Part shown: positions 30,247 through 40,114 of the stretch, one piece after another
Position numbering within the stretch: position 1 is the stretch's first letter
How the letters are laid out: each line of letters begins with the position of its first letter
From: an uncultured Pelagibacteraceae bacterium
GTDB taxonomy: Bacteria; Pseudomonadota; Alphaproteobacteria; Pelagibacterales; Pelagibacteraceae
Length of the DNA stretch: 64,000 nt
Direction: 5' to 3'
Assembly: GCA_902616025.1 (NCBI GenBank)
Contig: CACMRE010000002.1
Span: forward strand, 48-64,047
Notes under the pieces: generated by a model
Seen by the model: only the letters and a program-made list of their open reading frames with translations
Databases searched by the model: none
What the model was told of the DNA's origin: nothing
Position numbers and translations under genes: made by a program

Positions 30247-31188
30247 ATGAAAAAAATAATAAGTTTTATTCTTGGATGTTTTGTAGCTCTTAATCTTTCA
30301 ATATCCGTTGCTAATTCAGCAGCAAATGAAGTTAGAGTTGCTTACTTCTTAGAGTGGCCAAGTCCAAATCTAGAGGACATGATGAAGAAAAACTTCGCAA
30401 AAGCTCTAGGGGTTCCAGTAAAGTGGACTAACTTTACTAATGGTGGTGCTATGACTGATGCGATGTTAGCAGGAGATATTGATATTTCTTATTCTCAAGG
30501 TTTAGTTCCATTTATTAACGCTGTAAAATCTAAAGCACCTATCAAATTAGTTGATATTGCTATGGAATACGGAATGGGAGGAACAACTTGTGTTACATCT
30601 AATGCATCTGGAATTACAAAAGCCAACGCAACTGAATTAGAAGGTAAAAAAGTTGCTGTTCCACTTGGAACAATGGCGGAATATGTTTTTGATGAAAGTA
30701 TGAAAGTTGTTGGAGCAGATAGAAAAAAAATGGATATCATTCAAATGGACCCTGAAGAAGGTGCTGCTGCTTTAGTAAGCGGTGATGTTGTAATGGCATG
30801 TTTATTTGGTGGTAATTCTATTAAAGCTGCTACTGCAGTTGGATCTAGATTACTAACAGTTCAAGAAGCTAGAGATGCAGGTATCCTAGGGATTGATATT
30901 ACTTCTGTAACTACAAAGTTTATGAAGGAGAATCCAGGAATGTTGAGAACTTTCATCGAGGTAACTCATGAAGCAAATGCAAGATATAGAGCTGGAAAAA
31001 GCGATATGAATGCAATGTCAAAAGCTTCAGAAATGAAAATTCCTGACATGAAAGAAACTTTAAGTGGTTTCAAATTTCTAACTCCAGAGGAAACAAAAAG
31101 TTCTATGGAAAGTGGAAATCTTGATGCATTCCTAAAAGGAATGGGAACACCAAGAGGAAACGTAGACACAAGTTTCTTACCTTTATAA
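30247..31188 (+). CDS. tauA: Taurine/sulfonate ABC substrate-binding protein
   Basis: Signal peptide; VAYFLEW, GKKVAVPLGT; SsuA/TauA-type. Confidence 0.85.
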   Translation: MKKIISFILGCFVALNLSISVANSAANEVRVAYFLEWPSPNLEDMMKKNFAKALGVPVKWTNFTNGGAMTDAMLAGDIDISYSQGLVPFINAVKSKAPIKLVDIAMEYGMGGTTCVTSNASGITKANATELEGKKVAVPLGTMAEYVFDESMKVVGADRKKMDIIQMDPEEGAAALVSGDVVMACLFGGNSIKAATAVGSRLLTVQEARDAGILGIDITSVTTKFMKENPGMLRTFIEVTHEANARYRAGKSDMNAMSKASEMKIPDMKETLSGFKFLTPEETKSSMESGNLDAFLKGMGTPRGNVDTSFLPL

Positions 31189-31208
31189 TCTAAAGGTAAT
31201 TAAAATTT

Positions 31209-31250
31209 AAATAGGCGCCAATTTTTTATTAAATTGGTGCCTATTTTTTT
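31209..31250 (+). terminator. Stem-loop with U-tract after tauA
   Basis: AAATAGGCGCCAATTT...AAATTGGTGCCTATTTTTTT. Confidence 0.8.
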
Positions 31251-31278
31251 ACTCTAAATTCTAATATAAAGTGGACAA

Positions 31279-32076
31279 ATGAGTGATCTAGTTTCTCAAA
31301 ATCTTAATATGATTTTTAAAACTCCAAAAGGAGAAACTGTACACGCTTTAAAAGATTTAAATTTTACTCTTAAAAAAGGAGAATTGTTAACAGTTCTTGG
31401 ACCATCAGGTTGTGGAAAAACAACTTTATTGAATATTACCGCAGGATTTATTCGACCAACTTCCGGAAGTATTACTTTAAACAGTAAAGAGATCGATGGA
31501 CCCGGTGTAGAGAGAGGTATGGTTTTCCAGCAAGGTGCTTTGTTTGAATGGTTAACAGTTGCTGAAAATGTCAACTTTGGATTAAGAATGAAAAAAAAAG
31601 ATCCAATTGAAACTCAAAAAAAAGTTGATGAATGGTTAGAAATAGTTGGCTTAAAAGGTTTTGGTAATACCCCAACCTATCAACTTTCAGGAGGTATGCA
31701 GCAAAGGGTTGCTCTTGCAAGATGTTTGATTAATGATCCCGATCTAATTTTAATGGATGAACCTTTAGGAGCTCTTGATGCATTAACAAGAGAAAAAATG
31801 CAATCTCTTGTTTTAAAAATTTGGAAAGAGACAGGGAAAACAATTATTTTAATTACCCACTCAGTTGAAGAAGCTTTGTTACTTGGTGAGAGATTATATG
31901 TGATGGCACCTCGACCAGGTAGAATTCATAAAGAATATAATCTTCCATTTGCCTCAATGGGACTGAAAGAAGATCTGAGAGAGATTAAAAAAAACAAAGA
32001 TTTTTCTGCGAAACGTGAAGAAATATTAGAGATGATTTGGAATATGGAAGAAGAAATTATGGGGAAAGATAATTAA
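31279..32076 (+). CDS. tauB: Taurine ABC ATP-binding protein
   Basis: GPSGCGKT, LSGGMQQR and DEPLGALD motifs. Confidence 0.9.
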   Translation: MSDLVSQNLNMIFKTPKGETVHALKDLNFTLKKGELLTVLGPSGCGKTTLLNITAGFIRPTSGSITLNSKEIDGPGVERGMVFQQGALFEWLTVAENVNFGLRMKKKDPIETQKKVDEWLEIVGLKGFGNTPTYQLSGGMQQRVALARCLINDPDLILMDEPLGALDALTREKMQSLVLKIWKETGKTIILITHSVEEALLLGERLYVMAPRPGRIHKEYNLPFASMGLKEDLREIKKNKDFSAKREEILEMIWNMEEEIMGKDN

Positions 32077-34002
32077 ATGTTAACCCAAATCGTCACCTTT
32101 TTAATTTTTTTTGCAGTTATTGGCTGTATTCTCTATGGAAGAAGATTAATCAAAACTGAAAAGGTTGATGCCGTTTTTGGAAATCCAGAAAGAGCAAGAG
32201 GTGGTACTCACTGGATTATAGTCGGAAGTAGTTTTCTATTATTGGTATGGCTTTACTATTCTTGGGATATTGCAAAAGGTTTTTACCCAAAATCAGCTAA
32301 TGAACTTTGCCAAGTGGCAAAAGTTAACGACTCTTTATTAGGTTTAAAATATCAATTTCCAATAGAGGAAAGAGAATTCAAAAGTACTGCTCAAATTAAA
32401 AAAGAAAATAAAAATCTAAAAGCAACTTTAAATGAAATTAAGTTTTCTGAAGATCTAAACTTGCAACAAAAAACAGAGCTCACTGAGTTTATCAATAAAA
32501 CTATTCAACTAATTCCTTTATTAACTAATGAGGATTTAATTGAAAATGAAACGAAGTTTAAAATAGATGAAATAACTGGTAAAATTAACTTATTAACTGA
32601 AAATTTTAGAAAACCTGAATATCCTTTTGAAACAGAACAAGAAGCCAATGAAAGACTTAAAGCAGTAAGTGAGCAAGGAGATTGGGGAATTATAAAAGTT
32701 CAATCTGGAACAGGGTCCATAGAAAATACGATCGAAGTACCTTTAGTTCCGGAGACTAAAAGAGGTTTAAAATTTGATGCTGCCGCAAAAGAATTACAAA
32801 TTATTAGTGATGAATTCTTTAAGTTAAGAAACCATAATCCACAGTTTAAAAATAAAATAAAAGAGCTCAAAGATGAGATCAAAGCTTATCGAAAAAATTT
32901 AGATGATACTCAAGAAGTAGCTTCAACTTATGCTAAAGATATTGTTAAAATTGCCCGACGAATAGAATTTGCAAGTATTTATCCACCTAATGCATTAAAT
33001 GAAATGCAAAATGCAATTATCAATTTTGATGTTGCCCAAAAAGAAGCTCAAGGGGGATTGAGATTTATAGATATATTTTTATTTCCAGCTGGCACTATTG
33101 TTGCAAGTGGGCCAAGCTGTTCGGAACAAGGATCTGGTAGATGGCTACCTAAGCCGTCAGATACATTAGATAAGTTCATGCTTATGCTTAAACCGAGTGT
33201 AGGTTACAAAGAAATTCCTCTTCTCTGGATAGAACTGGTTGATGTAAGTAAAATGATTGGTTTTATTTTACCAGATTGGATTGCTGATATTCTACCTGGT
33301 GAATACCCAGTTCATACTCAAGATGGAATTGTTAAACAAAATTTTAAAGGACAAGTTTTAAAATTAGTAACAGGAGACTTTAAGTTATTTAAAGTGCCCG
33401 TGCCTTATGGCCATATTTGGGATTCTTTTTTAAGGGTATTTTTAGGATTAGTGTTTGGAATATTAATTGGTGTGCCACTTGGATTATTTATGGGATTAAA
33501 TAGATTTGCCAAAGGTTTCTTCGATCCGTTAATTGAGCTTTATAGACCTGTTCCCCCTCTAGCTTGGGCTCCTTTAATTATTTCAGTTTTAGGAATTGAT
33601 AATACCGGGAAAGTTTTCTTATTATTTATGGTCTCATTATCAATCATGATTATTTCTGCAAGAGCTGGTGCCTCTGGTACCCAGTTGTCAAAAATCCATG
33701 CAGCTCACTCACTTGGGGCATCTAAAAAACAAATATTGAGATATGTAATTTTTCCAAATTCTTTACCTGAAATACTTACTGGAATAAGAGTTGCCGTGGG
33801 AATGTGTTGGGGAACTTTAGTTGCAGCTGAGTTTTTAGCTGGAACAACAGGTATAGGATTTGTTGAAAACGTTGCAAAAAAATATTTTCAATACGAAGTT
33901 ATTTGGATCACTATATTTATAATGGGAATGTTGGGTTTATTATTTGATGTCACTTTGAGAAAAATAATAGACAAAACAATTCCATGGCGTGGAAAAGGCT
34001 AA
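32077..34002 (+). CDS. tauC: Taurine ABC permease with large N-terminal extracytoplasmic domain
   Basis: C-terminal ~200 aa are TauC-like (RPVPPLAW, WGTLVAAE); ~440-aa N-terminal extension. Confidence 0.85.
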   Translation: MLTQIVTFLIFFAVIGCILYGRRLIKTEKVDAVFGNPERARGGTHWIIVGSSFLLLVWLYYSWDIAKGFYPKSANELCQVAKVNDSLLGLKYQFPIEEREFKSTAQIKKENKNLKATLNEIKFSEDLNLQQKTELTEFINKTIQLIPLLTNEDLIENETKFKIDEITGKINLLTENFRKPEYPFETEQEANERLKAVSEQGDWGIIKVQSGTGSIENTIEVPLVPETKRGLKFDAAAKELQIISDEFFKLRNHNPQFKNKIKELKDEIKAYRKNLDDTQEVASTYAKDIVKIARRIEFASIYPPNALNEMQNAIINFDVAQKEAQGGLRFIDIFLFPAGTIVASGPSCSEQGSGRWLPKPSDTLDKFMLMLKPSVGYKEIPLLWIELVDVSKMIGFILPDWIADILPGEYPVHTQDGIVKQNFKGQVLKLVTGDFKLFKVPVPYGHIWDSFLRVFLGLVFGILIGVPLGLFMGLNRFAKGFFDPLIELYRPVPPLAWAPLIISVLGIDNTGKVFLLFMVSLSIMIISARAGASGTQLSKIHAAHSLGASKKQILRYVIFPNSLPEILTGIRVAVGMCWGTLVAAEFLAGTTGIGFVENVAKKYFQYEVIWITIFIMGMLGLLFDVTLRKIIDKTIPWRGKG

Positions 34003-35008
34003 TTTGAAAACAGAAAATCTTAAAAAAGAAGTCATTAAAATTTTTAAAAATCACGGATTAAGCAATCCTCATGCTGTTATTTCAGCAAATGCTTTGATTA
34101 ATGCCGAGTTAGTTGGGGCTTATGGTCATGGTCTTTCTAGATTAAGAATGTATTGTGAAAGAATATCTAAAAAAGTCATTAATCCAAAACCTAAAATAAA
34201 AGTTAAAAAAATATCTCAATCTATTGCTCATATTGATGCTGATAATAGTATTGGCTTCGTTGCAGCAGATCTCGCTATTAGAAAAGCAATCGAATGTGCA
34301 AAAAAAACAGGTATCGGTTTAGTAGCAGTTAAAAATAGTGGTCACTATGGATTATCTGGTTACTACGCTGAACAGGCAGTTAAAAAAAATTTAATCACTA
34401 TGATTTATACTAATGCTCCTCCTGCAATCGCTCCTTATGGTGCAAAAAAAAGTTTGTTTGGAACAAATCCTATATGTTTTGGTTCTCCAACCGGAGCAAG
34501 GGTACCTTTTATACTAGATACAGCTATTGCAAAAATTAATAGAGGCAAAATTAGATTTGCAGCTAGAAATAATCAAAAAATTCCAAAAGGTGTTGCATTA
34601 GATAAATTTGGCAAACCAACGACAGATGCAAAAAAAGCTCTTTATGGAGTTCAATTACCGATAGCAGGTTTTAGAGGTTCTGGTTTGGCGTGGATGGTAG
34701 ATATTTTGAGTGGTGTTTTAACCGGTGGAAATCATGCGGGTAAAGTTAAGGATCCTTTTGATGATTTTTCAGGTCCACAAAATATTGGACATTTGTTTAT
34801 CACATTTAAAACAAACTTATTTGTCAAAAACTATACTTCAAGAATTAAGAATAATATTAAAACAATTAAAAGATTGCCTAAAATTAAAGGAGTAAAAGAG
34901 ATAATGTATCCTGGTCAAAATAAAGATAAAAGGTTTAAAATGAACTTAAAAAAAGAAATCAAATTGTCAAAAATTATTCAAAAAGATTTAATAGATTTAA
35001 GAAATTAA
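33989..35008 (+). CDS. Ldh_2-family oxidoreductase (ComC-like sulfolactate/malate dehydrogenase)
   Basis: GHGL.RL, NSGHYG, GTNPI and YPG motifs. Confidence 0.85.
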   Translation: MEKANLKTENLKKEVIKIFKNHGLSNPHAVISANALINAELVGAYGHGLSRLRMYCERISKKVINPKPKIKVKKISQSIAHIDADNSIGFVAADLAIRKAIECAKKTGIGLVAVKNSGHYGLSGYYAEQAVKKNLITMIYTNAPPAIAPYGAKKSLFGTNPICFGSPTGARVPFILDTAIAKINRGKIRFAARNNQKIPKGVALDKFGKPTTDAKKALYGVQLPIAGFRGSGLAWMVDILSGVLTGGNHAGKVKDPFDDFSGPQNIGHLFITFKTNLFVKNYTSRIKNNIKTIKRLPKIKGVKEIMYPGQNKDKRFKMNLKKEIKLSKIIQKDLIDLRN

Positions 35009-35009
35009 T

Positions 35010-35921
35010 ATGCTTTCCGATAAAGAAATTATTTGTCCTGATAACTTACTTAATGTTGCTCATAAAAAGAAAGGTGTTAAAGCAGGAATTGTTAATGCCG
35101 GAAAACCTTTACCCATGCAGTCCGTACAAGATGCTGTTAAAGAAAATCTAATTGAGCCAATTTTTATTGGTGATGAAAAAGAAATTAATAAGTGCGCACA
35201 AGATCTTAAATGGGATATCTCTAATTATGAGATAATACATGAGCCTGTTGAGAATAATACAGCAACGATTGCTGCAAAACTCGCAAGTGAACAAAAAATT
35301 AGAATTATTGTTAAAGGACATATTCATACTGACGTTCTAATGAAAGAAGTTTTGAAAAGAGAATACAATTTATTGGGAAAAACGAGATTAAGCCATATTT
35401 GGCATATGACTTTGGGGAAAGAGGATAAACCTTTAATAATAACGGATGGAGCATTAAACGTTTTACCTAATGTAAAAACAAAACTGCATATTCTTAAAAA
35501 TGTTATTAATTTTTCAAATAGGATCGGTATTGAAAAACCCAAGATAGCAATATTATCAGCTACGGAGGAAGTTTTAGATAGTGTTCCAAGTTCTAAAGAA
35601 GCTGAGGAATTAACTAACTTAGCTAAAAAAGAAAATTTGAATGCAGATGTTTTTGGTCCACTGGCATTTGATAACAGTATTTCAAAAAAATCTGCGGCTA
35701 TCAAAGGAATAGAAAATAGTGTAGCTGGTATGGCTGATGTATTGCTGGTTCCAAGTGTTGAAACGGGAAATGGCTTAGTAAAAATGCTTATATATTTTTG
35801 TGGAGCGTGTGCGGCAGGTGTGGTTGTTGGAGGTAAAGTTCCAGTCGTAATAACAAGTCGTTCGGATGAAGCACCCGCAAGATTAGCTTCCATTGCTGCA
35901 GCCGTTGTTGCTTTAGATTAA
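35010..35921 (+). CDS. Phosphate acetyl/butyryltransferase
   Basis: VKGHIHT, TDGALN, GPLAFDN and TSRSD motifs. Confidence 0.9.
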   Translation: MLSDKEIICPDNLLNVAHKKKGVKAGIVNAGKPLPMQSVQDAVKENLIEPIFIGDEKEINKCAQDLKWDISNYEIIHEPVENNTATIAAKLASEQKIRIIVKGHIHTDVLMKEVLKREYNLLGKTRLSHIWHMTLGKEDKPLIITDGALNVLPNVKTKLHILKNVINFSNRIGIEKPKIAILSATEEVLDSVPSSKEAEELTNLAKKENLNADVFGPLAFDNSISKKSAAIKGIENSVAGMADVLLVPSVETGNGLVKMLIYFCGACAAGVVVGGKVPVVITSRSDEAPARLASIAAAVVALD

Positions 35922-35982
35922 TTGTTTGATTGCAATAAAATTAAAATTGTCTTAAATAATTCAACGATAAAAAACAAATAAT

Positions 35983-37269
35983 ATGGCAATCACTTATTTA
36001 AAAAAATCTCCAAAAACATCGTCAACAGATGACAATAAAACAACGGGGATTGTTCAAGATTTATTAAAAGATATTGAAAGTACAAAAGAGCAAGGATGTA
36101 TTGATTTAACCAAAAAGTTCGACAAATACGATGGTGAAATCATTGTTTCAAAAGAGAGAATTGAAGAAATTAAAAAAACTTTAGATCAAAAAACTAAAGA
36201 TGATATTCAGTTTTCCTTTGATCGAGTAAGAAAATTTGCTGAAGCTCAACTTAAAAATTACGGACAAGACTTTGAGGTTGAATTATCTGATGGTTTGTAT
36301 GCAGGTCAAAAATTAGTTCCAGTTAATACAGCAGGTTGTTACATACCCGGAGGAAGATATGCTCATATCGCTTCTGCAGTAATGAGTGTGACGACAGCCA
36401 AAGTTGCTGGTGTTAAAAATATTATAGCGTGTAGTCCACCAAAAGAAGGAGTTGGTGCTCACCCTACTATTGTCTACACTGCTGATCTTTGTGGGGCAGA
36501 TGTAATTTTAAACTTGGGTGGTGTTCCTGCAATTGCTGCAATGACTAATGGATTATTTAAAAATCCCCCAGCAGACATAATTGTTGGTCCAGGAAACCAG
36601 TTTGTGGCTGAAGCAAAAAGAATTTTATATGGCAAGGTAGGTATTGATTTATTTGCAGGTCCAACTGAAATTGGAATAATTGCTGATGCAAAAGCTGATC
36701 CAGAAATAGTTGCTGTTGATTTAGTAGGCCAAGCGGAACATGGTTATAATTCACCATGTTGGCTGTATACAACTAGTAAAGAATTAGCTGAGAAAGTTAT
36801 GAAGAGAGTTCCAGAATTAATTGCAGAGTTACCGGAGGTTCCAAGAACTAGCGCAGAAGCAGCTTGGAGAGATTATGGTGAGGTAATTCTTTGTGACACT
36901 GATGAAGAAATTGTAAAAATTAGTGATGAATACGCTCCAGAACATTTAGAAGTTCAAACAGAAAATCTAAAATGGTTTCACGAACGATTAACAAATTATG
37001 GATCATTATTTGTCGGTGAAGAAACTACAGTTGCCTATGGAGATAAATGTTCAGGTACAAATCACATTTTGCCAACTAAAGGAGCTGGTAGATACACTGG
37101 AGGTTTATTTGTTGGTAAATTTATTAAAACTTTAAGTTTTCAAAGAATGACAAAAGAATCTACTGAACTAGTTGGTGCTGCTGCTGCGAGAATATCTAGA
37201 TACGAAGGAATGGAAGCTCACGCCAGAACTGGAGATGTAAGGCTCAAAAAATACGGCTATTCAAGTTAA
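35983..37269 (+). CDS. hpsN: Sulfopropanediol (DHPS) 3-dehydrogenase, HisD-like
   Basis: HisD fold (GPGN, QAEH, APEHL, GTNH.LPT) with HpsN-type features (PGGRYAHIASA.M, EHGYNSP, AWRDY, YGDK); sulfonate gene context. Confidence 0.82.
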   Translation: MAITYLKKSPKTSSTDDNKTTGIVQDLLKDIESTKEQGCIDLTKKFDKYDGEIIVSKERIEEIKKTLDQKTKDDIQFSFDRVRKFAEAQLKNYGQDFEVELSDGLYAGQKLVPVNTAGCYIPGGRYAHIASAVMSVTTAKVAGVKNIIACSPPKEGVGAHPTIVYTADLCGADVILNLGGVPAIAAMTNGLFKNPPADIIVGPGNQFVAEAKRILYGKVGIDLFAGPTEIGIIADAKADPEIVAVDLVGQAEHGYNSPCWLYTTSKELAEKVMKRVPELIAELPEVPRTSAEAAWRDYGEVILCDTDEEIVKISDEYAPEHLEVQTENLKWFHERLTNYGSLFVGEETTVAYGDKCSGTNHILPTKGAGRYTGGLFVGKFIKTLSFQRMTKESTELVGAAAARISRYEGMEAHARTGDVRLKKYGYSS

Positions 37270-37877
37270 AATAAATAACCAAATCTCGCTCTTATAGATT
37301 GTTTATGAACTTCCTCTGCATAAAAACTGGTCAAGTAATTAAGATCAAAAGTTGTTTCATCAAAATTTAATCCAATAAAATAATTTTCGTTTAATTTATA
37401 ATCAACTCCAAATCCCCTAGTCCAATAATCACGAACATAAGTTGGATCATTTTGATAATCTGTCCATGATGGGTGAACATCTCCAATCCCTAAATAAGTA
37501 AAAAAAACGAAATCTTTAAAATTGTATCCAATATTTAATTTTATCTCTTTTAATTTCTCGTATGTAATAGCCCCAGTTAAATTAGGACCTGGATTATTAT
37601 CTTTTCCAATATTTTCTTGAAAACTTGTTTCTATACCTAATAATAAATTATCTAGATAAAAATTATAACCTAAAAAAAAACCTAGATTTTCTTTTTCAGT
37701 ATCAGTCGAAGTATTATAAGGATAACCAGGATGAAATTTTGAGGTTGCTACAGAAGTTAATTTATCAAAAGATTTGTACATTCCTAAATAGAATTTTGCA
37801 TTGATTTTAGGTAATTCTTTTGCGTGCGCGTGAAAAGTAAAAAAAAAGAATACTAATAAAAATTTTAATATTTTCAT
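37266..37877 (-). CDS. Outer-membrane beta-barrel protein
   Basis: Start at 37877 (MKILKFLL, ATGA overlap with the lysE stop); signal peptide; C-terminal GYLF beta-signal. Confidence 0.75.
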   Translation of the reverse strand: MKILKFLLVFFFFTFHAHAKELPKINAKFYLGMYKSFDKLTSVATSKFHPGYPYNTSTDTEKENLGFFLGYNFYLDNLLLGIETSFQENIGKDNNPGPNLTGAITYEKLKEIKLNIGYNFKDFVFFTYLGIGDVHPSWTDYQNDPTYVRDYWTRGFGVDYKLNENYFIGLNFDETTFDLNYLTSFYAEEVHKQSIRARFGYLF

Positions 37878-38497
37878 GATTTTGTATAAAATTTTAATAC
37901 ATCTCCGAATACATATACTGTTATTAAAAACATAAACAAAATAATAAAAATATTTATATATTTCCATATTTTTTTATCATTCAAATACTTAGAAAAATAT
38001 TGTGATAAATATCCAATTAAGAAGAAAAATAAAAAAGAGGCTATTGTTGCCCCTATTCCAAAAAAATATTTTTCTATAATTAAGAGATTTTTAGCAAAAT
38101 TCCCTAAAAAAAATACAGTATCTGAATAAACGTGTGGATTTAAAAAGGTAAATCCTAAAGTTTTAAATATTACGTCTTTTTTTTCATTTAAATTAGAATT
38201 TTGATCTATCGTTACTTGAGAATTAAAAGATTTCATTTTTGAATATATAAAGTGAATTAAAAAAACGACTAATAAAATATTAAATACTAATTCAATTGTT
38301 GGGGTAAAATATTGGGTAAAATAATGAAAAAGAAATATTCCTAAAAATATAAGAATAAAATCAGAAATAGAGCAAATTAAACAAACTAAAAAAACATGTT
38401 GTTTTTTTAAACCTTGTTCTATAACAAAAACATTTTGAGCACCGATGGCTAATATTAAGCTTAACCCTGTTAAAAAACCTAATAAAGCAAATTCCAT
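37874..38497 (-). CDS. LysE/ArgO amino acid exporter
   Basis: LILAIGAQN and TFLNPHVYSDT motifs. Confidence 0.9.
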   Translation of the reverse strand: MEFALLGFLTGLSLILAIGAQNVFVIEQGLKKQHVFLVCLICSISDFILIFLGIFLFHYFTQYFTPTIELVFNILLVVFLIHFIYSKMKSFNSQVTIDQNSNLNEKKDVIFKTLGFTFLNPHVYSDTVFFLGNFAKNLLIIEKYFFGIGATIASFLFFFLIGYLSQYFSKYLNDKKIWKYINIFIILFMFLITVYVFGDVLKFYTKS

Positions 38498-38556
38498 AAA
38501 GTATATATTTGAATTTTTTGAACTTACTTTAAATCTTTAGAAAATAAAAATAATTA

Positions 38557-39018
38557 TCAAGTTTCAGGGATAAACAATAAACAAAGACCATTATTACAAA
38601 ATCTTTTACCAGTTGAGCTTGGCCCATCGTCAAAAACATGTCCATGATGAACACCACACTTAGCACAATGATACTCAATCCTTTTCATGCCAAATGAATA
38701 ATCTACTTTTGTTTTAAAAGCTCCTGGTAACGCTTCACTGAATGATGGCCAACCAGTGCCACTATCAAATTTAGCCTCTGAGGAAAATAATTTGTTTCCA
38801 CAATTGGCACAATGATAAAAGCCTTTTCTTTTCTCTTGCAGTAATTCACTAGTAAATGGTCTCTCAGTACCTTCGTTAAACATAATTTCTTTTTGTTTAC
38901 TAGTAAGGTTCTGATTGATTATTTTTTTGGTTTCAGAAAGTACAAATTTATATGGATACAAAATCCATGATAAACAGGATACACCAATAATCTTTAATAG
39001 ATTTCTTCTACTACTCAT
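38557..39018 (-). CDS. msrB: Peptide-methionine (R)-S-oxide reductase with Tat-like signal
   Basis: GTERPF, CxxC, KFDSGTGWPSF, HGHVFDDGP and RFCNN motifs; N-terminal SRRNLLK. Confidence 0.93.
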   Translation of the reverse strand: MSSRRNLLKIIGVSCLSWILYPYKFVLSETKKIINQNLTSKQKEIMFNEGTERPFTSELLQEKRKGFYHCANCGNKLFSSEAKFDSGTGWPSFSEALPGAFKTKVDYSFGMKRIEYHCAKCGVHHGHVFDDGPSSTGKRFCNNGLCLLFIPET

Positions 39019-39049
39019 TAAAACACACCTGAAAATAATTTAATAAAAA

Positions 39050-39460
39050 TTATTCAGGATTTGCCGTTAATGTTTTAATTTCTAAAATATTTTCGTTGGG
39101 GTCTTTAACAAAGAAAGTTTCTTGCTCATACTTTGTGCCTTTAAATCTTAAGTAAGGCTCATCATAGTATTTTGCACCTTTATCTTTTAATCTTTGTTTT
39201 AAAGTATCAAAATCTTTTCTTGATAAATGAACACCAAAGTGAGGTACGGAAACATTACCCATGTCGACATCGTGTCTTTCATTATCTAATTTATGTTCAC
39301 TTGCATGAAGTGTTAATTCATTTCCCCAAAAATCAACATCAGCCCACTCTTGAGCAGAATTGTCCAATCTGCAGCCTAATGTTTCGCTGTAAAATTTTTT
39401 TGCTGTCTCTAAATCACCGCATGGTATTGCTAAATGAAAGCAGTTCGTGTTTTTATACAT
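39050..39460 (-). CDS. VOC/glyoxalase family protein
   Basis: FHLAIP, VPHFG and DPNENILEIK motifs. Confidence 0.88.
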   Translation of the reverse strand: MYKNTNCFHLAIPCGDLETAKKFYSETLGCRLDNSAQEWADVDFWGNELTLHASEHKLDNERHDVDMGNVSVPHFGVHLSRKDFDTLKQRLKDKGAKYYDEPYLRFKGTKYEQETFFVKDPNENILEIKTLTANPE

Positions 39461-39532
39461 AATTTCTCCTTTAAATACTTAACAAAACAACTATATAAGC
39501 ATTAATTTTTTAAATCAAGTTGGCAAAGAATA

Positions 39533-40114
39533 ATGAATGATTTTTTACAATCTATAATAGACAGAGACCCTGCGGCAAAATCAAAGGTGAGTTTGATTCT
39601 TACCTACCCCGGAGTAAAAGCTATTTTTTTTCATAAAATTGCAAACTTTTTTGCAATCGCCAAATTTGATTTAGTTGCAAGAATCATTTCTCAATTTTCA
39701 AGATTCTTAACTGGTATAGAGATTCATCCAAAAGCAAAAATAGGAAAAAATTTATTTATTGATCATGGCATGGGAGTTGTAATTGGTGAAACCTCCGAGA
39801 TAGGAGATAACGTCACGATCTATCACAACGTTACGCTTGGTGGGATTGCTCCAAGTATTAATGCAAATGATCAAAGAAATGTTAAGAGACACCCAACATT
39901 AGAAGACAACGTCGTAGTTGGATCTGGTGCTCAAATTTTAGGACCAGTTGTTATTGGAAAAAATTCTTTAATAGGTGCTAATGCAGTGGTTACTAAAAAT
40001 GTTTCTGAAAAATCCATCATGGTTGGAATTCCAGCCACAAGAGTTGGAGATGCCACAAAAGGATTTCAACCTTATGCGGTTACTGATAAAGATAAAGATA
40101 ATGACACAAATTAA
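39533..40114 (+). CDS. cysE: Serine O-acetyltransferase
   Basis: [25 protein letters not shown] and KRHP motifs. Confidence 0.95.
   Translation: MNDFLQSIIDRDPAAKSKVSLILTYPGVKAIFFHKIANFFAIAKFDLVARIISQFSRFLTGIEIHPKAKIGKNLFIDHGMGVVIGETSEIGDNVTIYHNVTLGGIAPSINANDQRNVKRHPTLEDNVVVGSGAQILGPVVIGKNSLIGANAVVTKNVSEKSIMVGIPATRVGDATKGFQPYAVTDKDKDNDTN

Noticed and set aside
35324-35893. 189-aa antisense ORF, plus the other 60-115 aa opposite-strand or alternate-frame ORFs in the track
   Set aside because: They lie within well-supported genes and show no recognisable motifs; they are shadow ORFs.
35983-37269. Annotation as histidinol dehydrogenase hisD
   Set aside because: Sequence features and sulfonate context fit the HpsN subfamily better.
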